Origin: Felis catus
Lineage: Eukaryota
NCBI RefSeq assembly: GCF_018350175.1
Contig: NC_058368.1
Coordinates: 213,964,001 to 214,028,000 of the forward strand
Direction of reading: 5' to 3'
Length of the DNA stretch: 64,000 bases
Shown: positions 11,930 through 24,685 of the stretch, in pieces
Numbering within the stretch: position 1 is the stretch's first letter
Layout of the letters: each line of letters begins with the position of its first letter
Notes under the pieces: generated by a model
The model's input: only the letters and a program-made list of their open reading frames with translations
Database searches by the model: none
Told to the model about the DNA's origin: nothing
Made by a program: the position numbers and the translations under genes

Positions 11930-12070
11930 CTGATTATTCCCATTCGGTAGGTGAGAAAACTGAGAGAGGGAGGTTAAATAACTCCCCTGTCAAGTCCCAC
12001 AATTAATGAGTGACAGCAGGAATCAGACCGGGGCACTGTGATTCCTGAGACTACACCCTTCGTAACTATA
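11930..12070 (-). mobile_element. MIR core fragment
   Basis: attattcccatt...gtgagaaaactgagagagggaggttaaataact...caagtcccaca, the MIR core motif. Confidence 0.65.
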
Positions 12071-12202
12071 GTCCACCACCCCTCATATGGGATTCGCAAA
12101 GATGCAATCTGGGATGGAAAATGGTTCTTGTTTGTTGTAAGTTAGATGAAGCATTTTTAGAAGTTTTTATAGAGTTAAACATATTGAAATTTTCTTTCCT
12201 AG

Positions 12203-12310
12203 CATGCAATGATGTTGCCTGTTTTGACCCATCATATCCGCTACCACCAATGCCTAATGCATCTGGACAAATTAATAGGATATACTTTCCAAGATCGTTG
12301 TCTGTTACAG
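12203..12310 (+). CDS. DROSHA: DROSHA exon B (108 nt, ~aa 859-894)
   Basis: ttcctag|CATGCA...TTACAG|gtaaga; HAMMLPVLTHHIRYHQCLMHLDKLIGYTFQDRCLLQ. Confidence 0.98.
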
Positions 12311-12815
12311 GTAAGAATTACTCTCCTGTACATTCATAATGACAAAATAGGGGTAATTCATCTTGCAGGTTACAAATGGAACATTGAGATTCTCCGTTCT
12401 GGGAGATAATGAGGACGTTTAGAAACATAGCTCTCCATTACTCTGGTCTCTGGTTGCCACTTTTAAACACTTTTTCTCACCTTTTTTTCTTTTTTTTGAC
12501 ACTGTCTTTAAAGAAACAGGCTAAAATTTGCCTGTCAAACCTGAGTCCCTTCTTTCAGCCTTCCCTTCTCTATGGCTCTTCTTTTCAGGTGATGACTATC
12601 CTAGTTCTCCTTTGAAAGATGTAGATTTTTAGGTTTCTTTTCAGAAGAGGACTTGTACTAGAGCTCTGTTACAAGCTCTGACACTGCAAGAGAGAAGATG
12701 GAAAGATGAGGGCTTAAAACTTGACTGGATACATAGATCTCTTTCCTGTTTCATTTGAAATGGTATAAAGATGGCACTTCTGAGTTAAACTAAATTTATT
12801 TCATTGAAATTTTAG

Positions 12816-12954
12816 CTGGCCATGACTCATCCAAGTCATCACTTAAATTTTGGAATGAATCCTGATCATGCCAGGAATTCTTTATCTAACTGTGGAATTC
12901 GGCAGCCCAAGTATGGAGATAGAAAAGTTCATCACATGCACATGCGGAAAAAAG
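12816..12954 (+). CDS. DROSHA: DROSHA exon C (139 nt, ~aa 895-941)
   Basis: ttttag|CTGGCC...AAAAAAG|gtatgt; LAMTHPSHHLNFGMNPDHARNSLSNCGIRQPKYGDRKVHHMHMRKK(G). Confidence 0.98.
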
Positions 12955-13289
12955 GTATGTTTGGATTCTACCATTGTATTTTGGCCTGTGTTCTCTATTG
13001 TAAACTAAATCCTCATGATATGACTGTTTTATACTCTCATTCCTTACTGCTTTATGACCCATATATAACAGCATTCACTTTGAGCATTATTACAAGGATG
13101 GATAAAATTTTTAGAAAAATTTATTGCTCCCTTTCAAGTGCTTTAAGTAACTTCAGTTGATCACACTTGTAGACATGCAGATATTAAACCTTTTGAAATC
13201 AAATTGGGGTAAAATAGATAATTATCTATCTGTCATATCATGATCCTAGAATGCTTCTAACAGTATTTATTTGTGTATTTTTTTAATAG

Positions 13290-13350
13290 GAATTAACACC
13301 TTAATAAATATTATGTCACGTCTTGGACAAGATGATCCAACTCCCTCAAG
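13290..13350 (+). CDS. DROSHA: DROSHA exon D (61 nt, ~aa 941-961)
   Basis: ttaatag|GAATT...TCAAG|gtaaag; (G)INTLINIMSRLGQDDPTPS(R). Confidence 0.97.
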
Positions 13351-15001
13351 GTAAAGTAACTTTTCTTAGTAACAGCCTTATTGAGATATAATTCACATAC
13401 CATATAATTCACCCATTTAAAGTATACAATTCAGTGGTTTTTAGAATGTTTACACAATGGTGCAACACTACTTAATTTTAGAATGTTTTCAGCACCCCGA
13501 AAAGAAACCCCTTACTTTCTGTTTCCCCTCAGCCTGCCCATCCCTAGGCAACCATATTTTGCTTTCAGTCTGCTTCCAATCTCTATGGATTTGCCTATTC
13601 TGAACATTTCATGTAAATGGTATCATACAATGTGGTCCTTTGTGACTGGCCTCTTTTACTTAGCACAATGTTTTCAAGATTTATCCATGTTATAGTATGT
13701 GTTAGTGCTTTGTTTCATTTTATTGTCAAGTGATACTCCATGGTGTGGGTATGTCATGTTTTATTTATCGTTGATGGGTGTTTGGGTTGTTTCCACTTTT
13801 TGGCAATTATGAGTGATATTGCTGTGAATATTTGTGTACAGGTTTTTGTGTGGATATATATTTTGATTTTCTTGGGTATATACCTAGGAGTGGAATTTCT
13901 GGGTCATATGGTAACTTTGTTTAACCTTTTAAGTAACTGCCAGACTGTTTTCCAAAGTGGCTACATTATTTTATATTCTCAGAAGCAGTATGTAATAGGT
14001 TCTGATTTCTTCACATCTTTCCCAACATTTGTGAATCTAGCCATCTTAGTAGGTAGGAAGTATTACCTCATTTGTGGTTTTGTTTGTATTTCCCTGATGG
14101 CTAATGATGTTGTGTATCTTTTCATGTGCTTAATTGGCCATTTGTATATCTTACCTAAGAGAACTATCTGTTGGGAATCTTTTCCTGTGTTTAATTGGGT
14201 TATTTTAAGTTATTGATTTAGAATCATTTTTATATATTCCAGATATAAGTCTCATCAGATGCAAATTTGCAAAATTTTTTTCTCATTCTAAGGATTGTTT
14301 CTTCATTCTTTTGAAGATGTCCTTCAAAGAAAAGTTTTGATGAAGTCCAATTTTTCTGTTACTTCTTGTGTTGCTTATACTTTTGGTGTCATGTCTAAGA
14401 AGCGACTGCCTAATGTGGAGTCACAGAGATTTACATCTTTTTTTCTTTTAAGAGTTGTATAGTTTTTTTCTCTTACATTTAGATCTTTGGTCTATTTTAG
14501 AGTTAATTTTTGTGTGTGGCGTGGTGTAGGGGTCCAGCTGCAGTCTTTTGATGTGGATATCCAGTTGTGCCAGCATCATTTGTTGAAAATGCTAATCTTT
14601 CTCCACTAAATTGTCTTGACACCCTTGTTGATAATTAATTGATGGTATATGTGAGGATTCTTTTTGGACTCTCAGTTCTATTCTGTTGATCTTTATGTCT
14701 GTCCTTATGCTGGTACCACACTGTCTTGATAACTAACTTTATAGTAAGTTTTGAAAATAAGAAATGCAAGATCTCCAACTTTTTTTTCCTCTTCTTCTTC
14801 TTTCAAGTTTGTTTTGGCTATCCCAGACCCATTACATTTCCACATGAAATTTTGGATTAGCTTATCAATTTTTGCAAAGAAGCCAGCTAGGATTTTGGTA
14901 GGGATTGTATTGAATCTGTAGATCAATTTGTGAATGATTACCATCTTAATATTAAGTTCTGATCCCTAAACATTATATATCTTTACATTTATTTAAGTCA
15001 T

Positions 15002-15037
15002 TTTAAAAAAAAAATTTATTTTGTAAAGTTTATTTAT

Positions 15038-15089
<52 letters not shown>

Positions 15090-15225
15090 TGGGGGAGGGG
15101 CAGAGAAAGAGAATCCCGTGCAGTGCAGAGTCCGATGTGGGGATTGAACTCACCAACTGTGAGATCATGACCAGAGCCAAAATCAAGAGTTGAATGCTTA
15201 ACTGATTGAGCCACCCAAGCACCCC
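15002..15225 (-). mobile_element. Can-SINE
   Basis: Long (GA)n; flanked by aagtcat on both sides. Confidence 0.9.
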
Positions 15226-15262
15226 AAGTCATGTTTTTTTTTTTAAATACTAATATTATTGT

Positions 15263-15484
15263 GTTTTTATTTATTTATTTTTATAATATTTGTTTATTTA
15301 TTTTGAGCGACACAGTGAGCGGGGGGAGGGACAGAGAGAGATAAGAGAGAGAATCCCAGACAGGCTCCACGCTATCAGCAAGCGCGGAGCCTGACAAGGG
15401 GCTTGATCTCAACGAACCATGAGAGTACGACCTGAACTGAGGTCAAGAGTTGGACATTTAACCGACAAGCCACCCAGGTGCCCC
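15263..15484 (-). mobile_element. Can-SINE
   Basis: (TTTA)n tail; ends cccaggtgcccc. Confidence 0.9.
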
Positions 15485-15982
15485 TAATTAAGTCATCTTT
15501 AATTAATTTAATTTACTTTATATTATAGTTTTAAGAGTACATTTTGTCTTTTGCTAAGTTTATTCCTAAGTATTTTATTCTTTTTGATGCTATTATATAT
15601 GGAATTGTTTTCTTAATTTCATTTTTGGATTGTTCATTGCCGTTGTAGACAAATAGAATCAGTTTTTGTATATTGATGTTGTATCTTGCAACCTTGATGA
15701 GCTCCTTTGTTAGCTATAATAGTTTTTTAGTGGATTGTGTAGTATTTTTTTGTGTATATGATCATATCACCTACAAACAGAGATGGTTTTAGTTTTTCCG
15801 TTCCACTTTGGATGCCTTTTATTTCATTCTTTAAACATAGTTGCCCTGGCTGGAGCTTCCAGTATAATGCTGAATAGAAGTGGTAAGAGTGGGTCCTTGT
15901 CTTCTTCCTAAAATCTTTAGGTGAAAGCATTTTTTTACTGTTGAGTCTGATGTTAGCTGTGGGTTTTTCGCAGATGTCTTTT

Positions 15983-16194
15983 TTATTTTTTTAAATGTCT
16001 ATTTATTTTTGAGAGAGAGAGACAGAGCATGAGTGGGGGAAGGGCAGAGAGAGAGGGAGACACAGAATCGGAAGCAGGCTCCAGGCTCCAAGCTGTCAGC
16101 ACAGAGCCTGACGCAGGGCTTGAACTCATGAGCTGTGAGATCATGACCTGAGCCAGAGTCGGATGCTCAACCGACTGAGCCACCCAGGCGCCCC
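15983..16194 (-). mobile_element. Can-SINE
   Basis: TSD agatgtctttt on both sides; ends cccaggcgcccc. Confidence 0.93.
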
Positions 16195-18246
16195 TGTAGA
16201 TGTCTTTTAATCAGGCTGAGGAAATTTCTTTCTGTTCCTAGTTTGCTGAATGTTTTTATTATGAAAGTATGTAGAATTTTGTCAAATGTTCTTTTTGTTT
16301 TTTATTCATTTATTTTTTTGCTATTGAGATGATCTTTTTTTTTTTTTTTTTTTTTTTCATTTATTCTATTCATGTGGTATATTGTGTTCATTGATGTTGA
16401 ACCAACCTTGCTTTCCTGGGATATATCTCACTTGATTATGATGTATAATCCTTTTTATATGCTACAAACTTAGTCTACTAGTATTGTTGGGGATTTTTAT
16501 GTCTATAGTCATAAGAGTTATTGGTCTGTAGTTTTCCTTTTCTGTGATGTTTTGTTTGGTTTTATTATTAGGATAATACTGGCCTTATATAATGGATTGG
16601 AAATTTTTATATGTTAATTCTCATTATTGTCTTTCTTGATTTTAAGAGATACTCTCATATATTAACATTCTTAATTTTGTGTGGCCTTAAGCCCCTGAAG
16701 AATCTGGAAAGGAAGTGGACTGGGTCTAAACTCATTAACAGCCCTGGAAAACTAATGGAGGCAATTGCCTAATGGCTGGAGTCTCTGATGTTGCCCTCAG
16801 GAAGCTTATCTTTGTGTGTAAAACACAGTGGGTTATACTCTGAAAGCCAATAGAGATTGCTAGAGGGCAGATTTCTTTTTAAAATGGACAGTTGAGAAGT
16901 TAAATAGCCAGGCTTATCCCTCTTGGATCCAGACTTAAATGGATTAAAGGTGGGTAGAGCCGGGATAGAAGTGACAGGGTTGACCGTTGCTGCAGCTCAT
17001 AACTGGCTTCCACAGCCAAGAGCATGGCCAGCCATAGCTAGCATAACTTCCTTTTCTACCTCTTTCTTCATCTGTCACTTTTCTTTTTAAATTGGCTTGC
17101 CTTGAGTTGCTCTCTTTTGAAATTATCATAGACCATACCATCTTCCTCTTCAATCAAGAGGTGAAAAGAAAGGCAGGATGAAACTTTAAAATTTTCGTTT
17201 GAAGATGATCATACGCCTTACTGTGGTATTCTGTGAGAGCCTAAGATCAGAAAAGAGCTGTCTAATTAAAAGAGCCCTTAATCACACCCTCAGGGACAGT
17301 GTGGCCATGGTTTCCTTTTACGCTGCTATATTGTAGAGTCTCCAGATGACCAGTTCTGTGTTTTAATAAGTGGAACCCTGAGTTCCCTGCGGCCCCTTTG
17401 AAAAAGGCAAGGCTACACATGCCCTACACATGTACTTTACACTGATGAAAGCATGAGCTTAAATTATCTTTGTCTCATCTACCCCAACCATAGTTGTTGG
17501 TACGTAAATTGTCTCTGATAGTGTTGTTCAGACCTCACGATTTGTTTTCTTTTTTTCCGTCACAAAGAACAGGGCTTTCTTTCCGTGGCAGAAGGAATGA
17601 TATCTGAGAAACCGTGTTCATTTTGAACTCAACCATGTTGGAAATGATAGAGAATAAACAGATATGATGTGTCCTTTGCTGCTTGTGTCGAGAGCCTCCT
17701 GATTATTGCTTATTGCTGATGTGGGGTTGACCCCAGGTTTCTATTCAGTAAGAGCCTCTTCGCTTCTTTGGTGGCAGCGTCTGCTACGGCTGGACTGTGG
17801 TTGTCCAGCGGTCTCCGCTGTGCATGGCTCTTCATACATGTTTAATCCAACAGACGTTTATCTAGTACCTTTTGAGTTTGAGGTAATTTGTAGGTATTTT
17901 GGAGGATTTAAAGGCAAGTGAGACAAAGCCCCCACTCACCAGAAGGTGTGACTACCTTAGGTGGGGTAAGAGTGCTATGAACATAAATAACTTAATGTAA
18001 AAGATACTCTGCTAAGTGCTTCACTCAAGGTCAAAACAAAATATACATAGTCTGCTGTGGGGCTGAGGATAGCTCTGGTGGTTGTTTAGGGATTATAGGT
18101 CAGTTTTATATTATGCACTTGAATAATTGGAGTTCACTTGAAATGATTTGCCCTCTCCTTTTATTTCTTAGTTTGCTATTTTAAAACGGGATGCAGTTGT
18201 CCCTGCTCCTTGGAAGTGTTTGCGTATCTTTAAAGTAAACCCTGTC

Positions 18247-18441
18247 GGGGCACCTGGGTGCTTCAGTCAGTTAAGTGTCTGACTCTTGGTTTCAGCTCAG
18301 GTCATGATCTCACAGTTTGTGGGTTCGAGCCCTGTGTTAGGCTGTCAGTGCAGAGCCTGCTTGGGATCGCTCTCCCTCTCTCTGCTCCTTCCCTACTCAT
18401 TTTCTCTCTCTTTCAAAACAAATAAATTAATTAAAAAAAAA
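18247..18441 (+). mobile_element. Can-SINE
   Basis: ggggcacctgggtg head; A-rich tail. Confidence 0.92.
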
Positions 18442-18751
18442 CTATCAAATTGCAAGTGTCAGTGGTTGTATCTCCTCCCAAACAAGCTTGCTCAGAACCT
18501 CAAACTTGAGAAAGGAAAAAGAGAAGGAGTGAGGTACTAATGGAAATAGGAATGTGGAGGAGCAGGACAGGCAGAAGAGAAGGGTGAGAGGAGGGGCTCT
18601 TGATCGAATCCTTCTCCTGATCCTCCTGGAAACCACTCCTCCCACCCCTGTCTATCCTGCACTGGAGTTAGTGACCACATTCTGCCACTTCTGCCCTCAT
18701 ACTGCCTCTGCATTCAGTCCCCTGGCTATTTCTGGAGCCTCACTTCTAGTA

Positions 18752-18834
18752 TTTTTTTATGTCTGTTTATTTATTTTGAGAGAAAGAGAGAGAGCGAGCA
18801 TGCACACAAGCAGGGGCAGGGGCAGAGAGAGAAG

Positions 18835-18882
<48 letters not shown>

Positions 18883-19007
18883 CCCAAGCAGGCTCTGCAC
18901 TGTCAGCACAGAGCCCGATGTGGGTCTTGATCTCATGAGTCATGAGATCATGACCTGAGCTGAAATCAAGAGGTGGACACTTAACTGACTGAGCCACCCA
19001 GATGCCC
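18752..19007 (-). mobile_element. Can-SINE
   Basis: Long (GA)n; TSD ctca(c/a)ttctagt. Confidence 0.92.
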
Positions 19008-19901
19008 GTCTCAATTCTAGTTTTTAGCTGTAACCTGCTTGAAAGCTTTTAATGAGATCTCATCACCTACTGGATAAGTCTGAACCTCCCCACCTGGCAA
19101 TCCCAGCACCTGTGATCTGGCCCCAGGCCAGTGTTCCAGGTACACCTTTCTTTTCCCTGTGGCTACCTACACACCAGTAAGACTGAGGTACTTTACTGTG
19201 CTATCTGGTGTACCCTTTCCCTTCCCCAAACGCCAGCAGTCATTGTACAGCTCCCCCTGGAATGCCCTGGAACTCTGTGTGATGGGCTTATTTTCTTTAC
19301 TGTAAGCATTTTGAAGGTCTGTGGTCATACCCTTTTTCTTTGTTGGTTTGTTTTGTTTTTGTTTTGTTTTGTTTTTTGTTTTGTTTTGTTTTGTTTTGTT
19401 TGCAACTAGTGCCTTGCATAGAGCAGAAGCTCAGTAAGTAAGTATTAAAGAAAGAATGCCATTCGTGATAACACTTTCCTCTCAGGTTATTTACTTGTTT
19501 ACATTTCCCTAGAAATAGGGAAACTTGATGTTAAGGGTCATGGTCAGAGCCATCAGTAGAGGTTTAAATGGCAGGTTAGTATCTTATATAAGATTTACAA
19601 AAAGGCATGAAGACTTAAATAAAAATATGTCTGCCTATCAAAACTATAAAATAATTAACTCTTATGATGGCATCATCTCATGTGAATATGCCACCCTTAA
19701 TTTTTGAAGTGTCACTGTTTAACCACATAAATCTCAGTTGTATGATTATATTTAACTTCTGTAGATTGCAATGAAATGTTACCACAGAAAGGGTCTCTGA
19801 AAGATTAAACTTCAGGTGGCATTCAAGTAATCCATATATTATCAGTAAGACCTTTAGGAAAGAGGGGCGAGAAGACTGTTAATAGAAAAATAAGCTGCCA
19901 C

Positions 19902-20080
19902 GGGGCCCTGGGTGGCTAAGTTGGTTGAGTGTCTGACTGGCTCAGGTCATGATCTCACGGTTTGGTTCGTGAGCTCAACCCCCACGTTGGGCTCGCTGGT
20001 GTTCACGCAGAGCCTGCTTCAGATCCTCTATCCCTCTCTCCCGCTCTGTCCCTCCCGCTGTTTACGTTCTCTCAAAAATA
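19902..20080 (+). mobile_element. Can-SINE
   Basis: ggggccctgggtggct head; TSD aaaaat(a/g)agctgcc. Confidence 0.9.
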
Positions 20081-22209
20081 AAAATGAGCTGCCTTGTTTT
20101 ATTTTGTTTTTGATTTGTAGAGACAGGTATGGACTATTTATTAATGTCTCTGTGTTTAAAGAAGTGGTGGTAGTTAAAAAGTTTCAATCAATTATACCTA
20201 AGTATCTCGCATTAAAGACAGTAAAACATGCTAGAGTATATGTGAATTCTACTGAGTAGATTTGCTGTCTTAAATATTTCAAGTAAAATCCCAGAGATGC
20301 TTATCCTGGGATCCCTATGTCCAGTGAGTCTCAGATCTAGTAGCTCTCTGACCTCCCTACTCCCTAAGTGTCCAGACAGATGTAATGAATAGAATTCCTG
20401 AATTGGGTGGAAGGTTCAGCTGATCTCTAGCACCCCTTCTACCTTCACTTTACCTGACACTGGTTAAGGCCTGAAATGCAAAGGTGAGAAAATGTCCATA
20501 CTGTCACTGTAGTAGTCACCCTTGGACTTGGCCCATCCCAAGATGATTTTCCGTGAAGTAAATGACACCTTACAGGAATTACTGTTACAGGGAGACCGTT
20601 ATGTTTTATAAAGTGCTTTGAATTCCTCAGGCCAAATGTGCTGTATAAATGATATACTTAATCTAGATTTCATAATGCCTTTGCTGATTCAGTTCTCAAA
20701 AACAAATGGAGTGTTTATTGCTCAGTAAACATCTCCTCTTGGAACTAGTTAGCATTTATAAAGAGGGTGATTAAAGAGTGTGGAAACAATAGAAGAAGGA
20801 ACAAAAGCTTGGCCTCTGCAGTCAAGTGACTAGCAGCTCAATGTGTCCATTTTTTTCTAGATAAACCGTTGAATTAGGAATTGCCCGTTACAATAATGAA
20901 CTGAAGTGAACCCATTTTTGTTTGTGACGCACGGCCAGCATTTAGTCACAGTGTAGACACAGAAAAGCATATGCTGGATATGGGCAAATTATTTAGTAGA
21001 TGGCAGACTCACTATTGAATAAACCTGTTTGAAACTGTGACCTTGTATTTTTAACACATTAAATAATAATAGTCTAACTTTGTGGTTATTAAAATCCTAG
21101 ACATAGTTCTTGTCCTGAAAGTTTATAAAACAAATTAAAGTAAAATTTATGCCAATATGACTTCATTCAAATAGTATATGACTCAAAGCAGCCATTATTC
21201 TTTGGCCAGGTGTCTTATTTTTTTCCTAGATGTCTCACTGTTTAATAAAGCATAAGACAATCCAAATATGGTTTGTCCGCACCCCAGGTGTGGTTTCTTA
21301 CTTTCCATGTTAAGCAGATTTTCTGTACAGTGCTTTGAACTATTGGCAAAAAAAAATAGTCTCCACCACAGAAAATGCTATTCTCCTTTTACTGACTTTT
21401 GGAAGAGAATAGGGTAATACTAATTTCTTTCTTTATAAAAACTCAACATTTCTTTTTGCTGTTCCCATCATCTCTCAGGAGAACAGTTTATTAGGTTTCA
21501 TGAAATTAAGTTAGCAAGAGGTCTTAGGCCTAGTTACCATGTTAACTAGGGCCTCTACTCCTTGATGCGCTAAGAACGATGACAGACACTTTTGGAGTTT
21601 TGGTTTATTTGGAAAACAAAATCACAGTATCAAGTAGCTTCTAAAACATACTTTTAAAATATAATGTTTACTTATTCTTGGCTAATGGATTAGCAACAAA
21701 GTCTTCTAAAATCTAATACAAAGTAGTTAAGACTGAGGAAAATATGTTTGAGGGCTTTTTTCTTTTCCTTTTCTTTCTTTCTCTTTCTTCTCTTTCTGTA
21801 AGCTATTAGATTATGAATTCTTCATCATAGCTATAAATTGTTTACTTTTTCCCCCTGCATTTTCCATTATTGACTATTAACTGCTTTCCAGAATGCCTTT
21901 TTCACATAAATAAAGGACGTATTGAAATGAAAGTTCAGAATCATATCTTTGTTGCTCATATCTTTCTAGTTTTCTCCTATTATGTTTATTTTTCCTTTAA
22001 AATTCTAAAATGTGGAGGAATGAAAAAAAATGTGGAGGCATGGTAGGGTGGAAGAATTAAATTATGAGATATGTGAGATAATATAAAATTGAACTCAAGT
22101 TACCAAGTAGATGATTTGGTAGCCAGGAGTCATTTAATTTATAAATAATTATCTTAAAAAATTTTCCACATGTATGGAAACTATAGGGTGATTTTAAATA
22201 TGGGAACTA

Positions 22210-22434
22210 GGGGTGCCTGGGTGGCTCAGTCAGTTAAGTGTGTGACTCTTGATTTTGGTTCAGGTCATGATCTCATGGTTGTGAGATCGAGCCCCGTGTT
22301 GGACTCCACACTGGACGTGGAGCCTGCTTAAGATCCTTTCTCCCTCCCTCCCTTCCCCCTCCCCCCCACCCCTCTCCCCTGCTCATGCTCAGGTACTTGC
22401 ACTCCCACTCTCTCTCAAAAAATAAATAAACAGT
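22210..22434 (+). mobile_element. Can-SINE
   Basis: ggggtgcctgggtggctcagtcagttaag head; A-rich tail. Confidence 0.93.
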
Positions 22435-23199
22435 AAATAAGGAAACTAAACTGGCATACATGAGGCAGTGAACAATAAAAGATAGTATATAATTTTGTTA
22501 TAAATTGAGTGACAAATGCTTAAGTCACGTGGGGCTAGGGGTGCTCCCGGGAGCTCCAGTGATTCGGGCAGGCCCCCAGCTGACATTAAGAACAAGCAGG
22601 ATTTGGGAGAGGTAACATGGAAGGGAGAAGCAGTGGTGTGTCTGGTCAACTTAGAGTCGTGAATTGCTGATGAAACGGGTGGTTACTGTGGGACTAGATA
22701 AAGAATCGCCTTGAAAACCAGGCAGGTTTGGACTTGATAGTCAGCTATTGAATTTTTGAAGAAGATGAGGGTCAGTATCAGAAGATGAGGAGAAGCCTGG
22801 AGTTAGGGAGGTGAGATCCTGCCCAGGCCCAGGTCTGTCCCCTTCATTGCTCAGGTCCCAGGGATTTGGTGTGCTCTCCTTTCCCTGTCACTGTTGTCAC
22901 CATCCTTCCTGGCTTCCTTCTGTTACAATCCTCCAGACCCATAGTTTCTGTGTCTGCCGCTAGCCGTGAAACAGGAACCCGGGTTCTTCCCATAAGAGGC
23001 TTCAAACACACGTTAGTTTGCAGCCTACTCTAATCGGAACCGGGTTTGTCTTTCCTGTTTCACAGAGATGCTCCCCCCCACCCCCCCCACTCCAGTGGCC
23101 TTAACAGTGTCCTCAGCATCACATCCATGCTCTCTTTGCATCTTACCTGGATCCGTTTCTTTCTTGACGCTTGTTCTTGTTTGCTGAGGGATAACACTG

Positions 23200-23780
23200 G
23201 CCTCCTTTTCCGCCCACCTCCCCAACCAGTCCCCTCTCCTTTGCTGGTTTTTCTTCTGCTTGACCTCAAGTGTGGCCCTCCCCTGGGCTCAGTCCTGAGA
23301 TCCTTTTTTGCTAGCTTAATTCTCTATATAGGTAGTATCATCCAGTTCCATTGCCCAAAATCCTGTCTAAACATTGACCACTCCTAAAGATTTATTACCA
23401 GCTTTGTTCTTGCCCGTGAACAGTAGGATCATAGATACTGGATTTCTCCATTTGGATGTTTCATGGACATTTCAAAGTAAACATTCTTCAAATGCACCTC
23501 CTGCTTCTGCCCAAACCTGTTCCTTTTGGTCCTCCCCTCACAGTAAATGGCACCACCTTTCACCCAGCTATGGAAGCCAAAATCTAGGTATTGACCTTCA
23601 TTCTTTTCTTTTCTCGCCTTCCCCACCGTTTCCTCCCAGCTTGAGCCTCCATCATGTCTCACCAGACAGCCACAGTACCCCTCTCAGTGCTTGTCACCCT
23701 GCACGCTGTCTTCGCACAGCAGCCAGGGTGGCCTTTTAAAACCCTGAACCAGATCGTGTCACATCTCTGCTCAGCCAAAG
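23200..23780 (+). mobile_element. L2-like relic
   Basis: catccagttccattg...ctccatttggatgtttc...agccagggtggccttttaaaaccctgaaccagatcgtgtcac, motifs typical of L2. Confidence 0.55.
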
Positions 23781-24625
23781 GTAGCGATCTGCTTTAGCAC
23801 TGAGGGAAGGTGGCTGTGCTGGACTTTCTGAGAGGCAGACAGAGGTTTCCTATGGACTACCTTCCCGGTCATTTCAGCCTTACACTTGGATATGAGGAAC
23901 TTAGCCTGGGAGATGTGCCTTCATCACACAATGAAGGTGTAAATAAAGTGTGATATGCACTGAGGGGGGAGTATTAATTTAGATGAGAGCCCTCGGGCAA
24001 GCATGCACAGAGAAACAACCTTTGGTAGGCCTTGAGGAATGAGTAGGCTCAGTGCACAGGAGCGATGGTGGAAAGCTTTAGGGCATATGCCCTTTTCAGA
24101 GAGTACCACACAGTTTGGGGGCAGGAGCCCAAAACATAGGTGGGAGAGGATAGCAGTGGATACTGGGACTTGAAAAAATAGGTTAGGCCTCTTTTGAAGG
24201 ACTTTAGATGCTAAGTTAAATTTAGAGTTTGGGCAATGGGAAGCTGTTCTTAGAACATTGTACCAAATCTTTTTCAGTGCTCAGTTCTAACTCATTAGAG
24301 TGCATTCTCCTTTCTCTTACCCACCTTTTAGGAGTGTGGAAAGATTCACAGTTGTTAGGGTGATAACTCCTCACTTTAAATCTGATTCCCAGGGGAAGGA
24401 AGCCCTCAGGTAGGAAGGCCTTAAGTACAGAGTACGATAGAATGCCCCCTCCCTTACCCAGTAGGTGTGCCATACTTCGACTAAGATGGTGGTCAGTGCT
24501 TTTGATTATGAAGAATAAGGTAGTTTCAATTACAAAAGGAGCTCTCATGTGTCTTTTCTTTGAGAAGAGAGGGAGGGAATGTAGATGTTTGCTATTTTAA
24601 GTGATTTTTTTAAATTTTCCTACAG

Positions 24626-24685
24626 GATTAATCACAATGAAAGGTTGGAGTTCCTAGGTGACGCTGTTGTTGAATTTCTGACCAG
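24626..24685 (+). CDS. DROSHA: DROSHA exon E (60 nt, ~aa 961-981), RIIIDa signature
   Basis: cctacag|GATT...ACCAG|gtaagg; INHNERLEFLGDAVVEFLT; E969 codon at 24648-24650, D973 at 24660-24662. Confidence 0.98.

Larger units (their letters stand above)
13370..16605 (-). mobile_element. Old L1 (L1MA/MB-like), 3' UTR plus decayed ORF2, with three nested SINEs
   Basis: 3' end aacagccttattgagatataattcacatacc. Minus-strand ORF remnants match L1 ORF2: LIYRFNTIPTKILAGFF (14705-14944) and EIKGIQSGTEKLKPSLFVGDMIIY (15727-15930; decayed LFADDMI RT motif). Confidence 0.88.

Noticed and set aside
13740..14216. 158-aa hydrophobic ORF resembling a membrane protein
   Set aside because: It is the antisense reading of the T-rich old L1 at 13370-16605.
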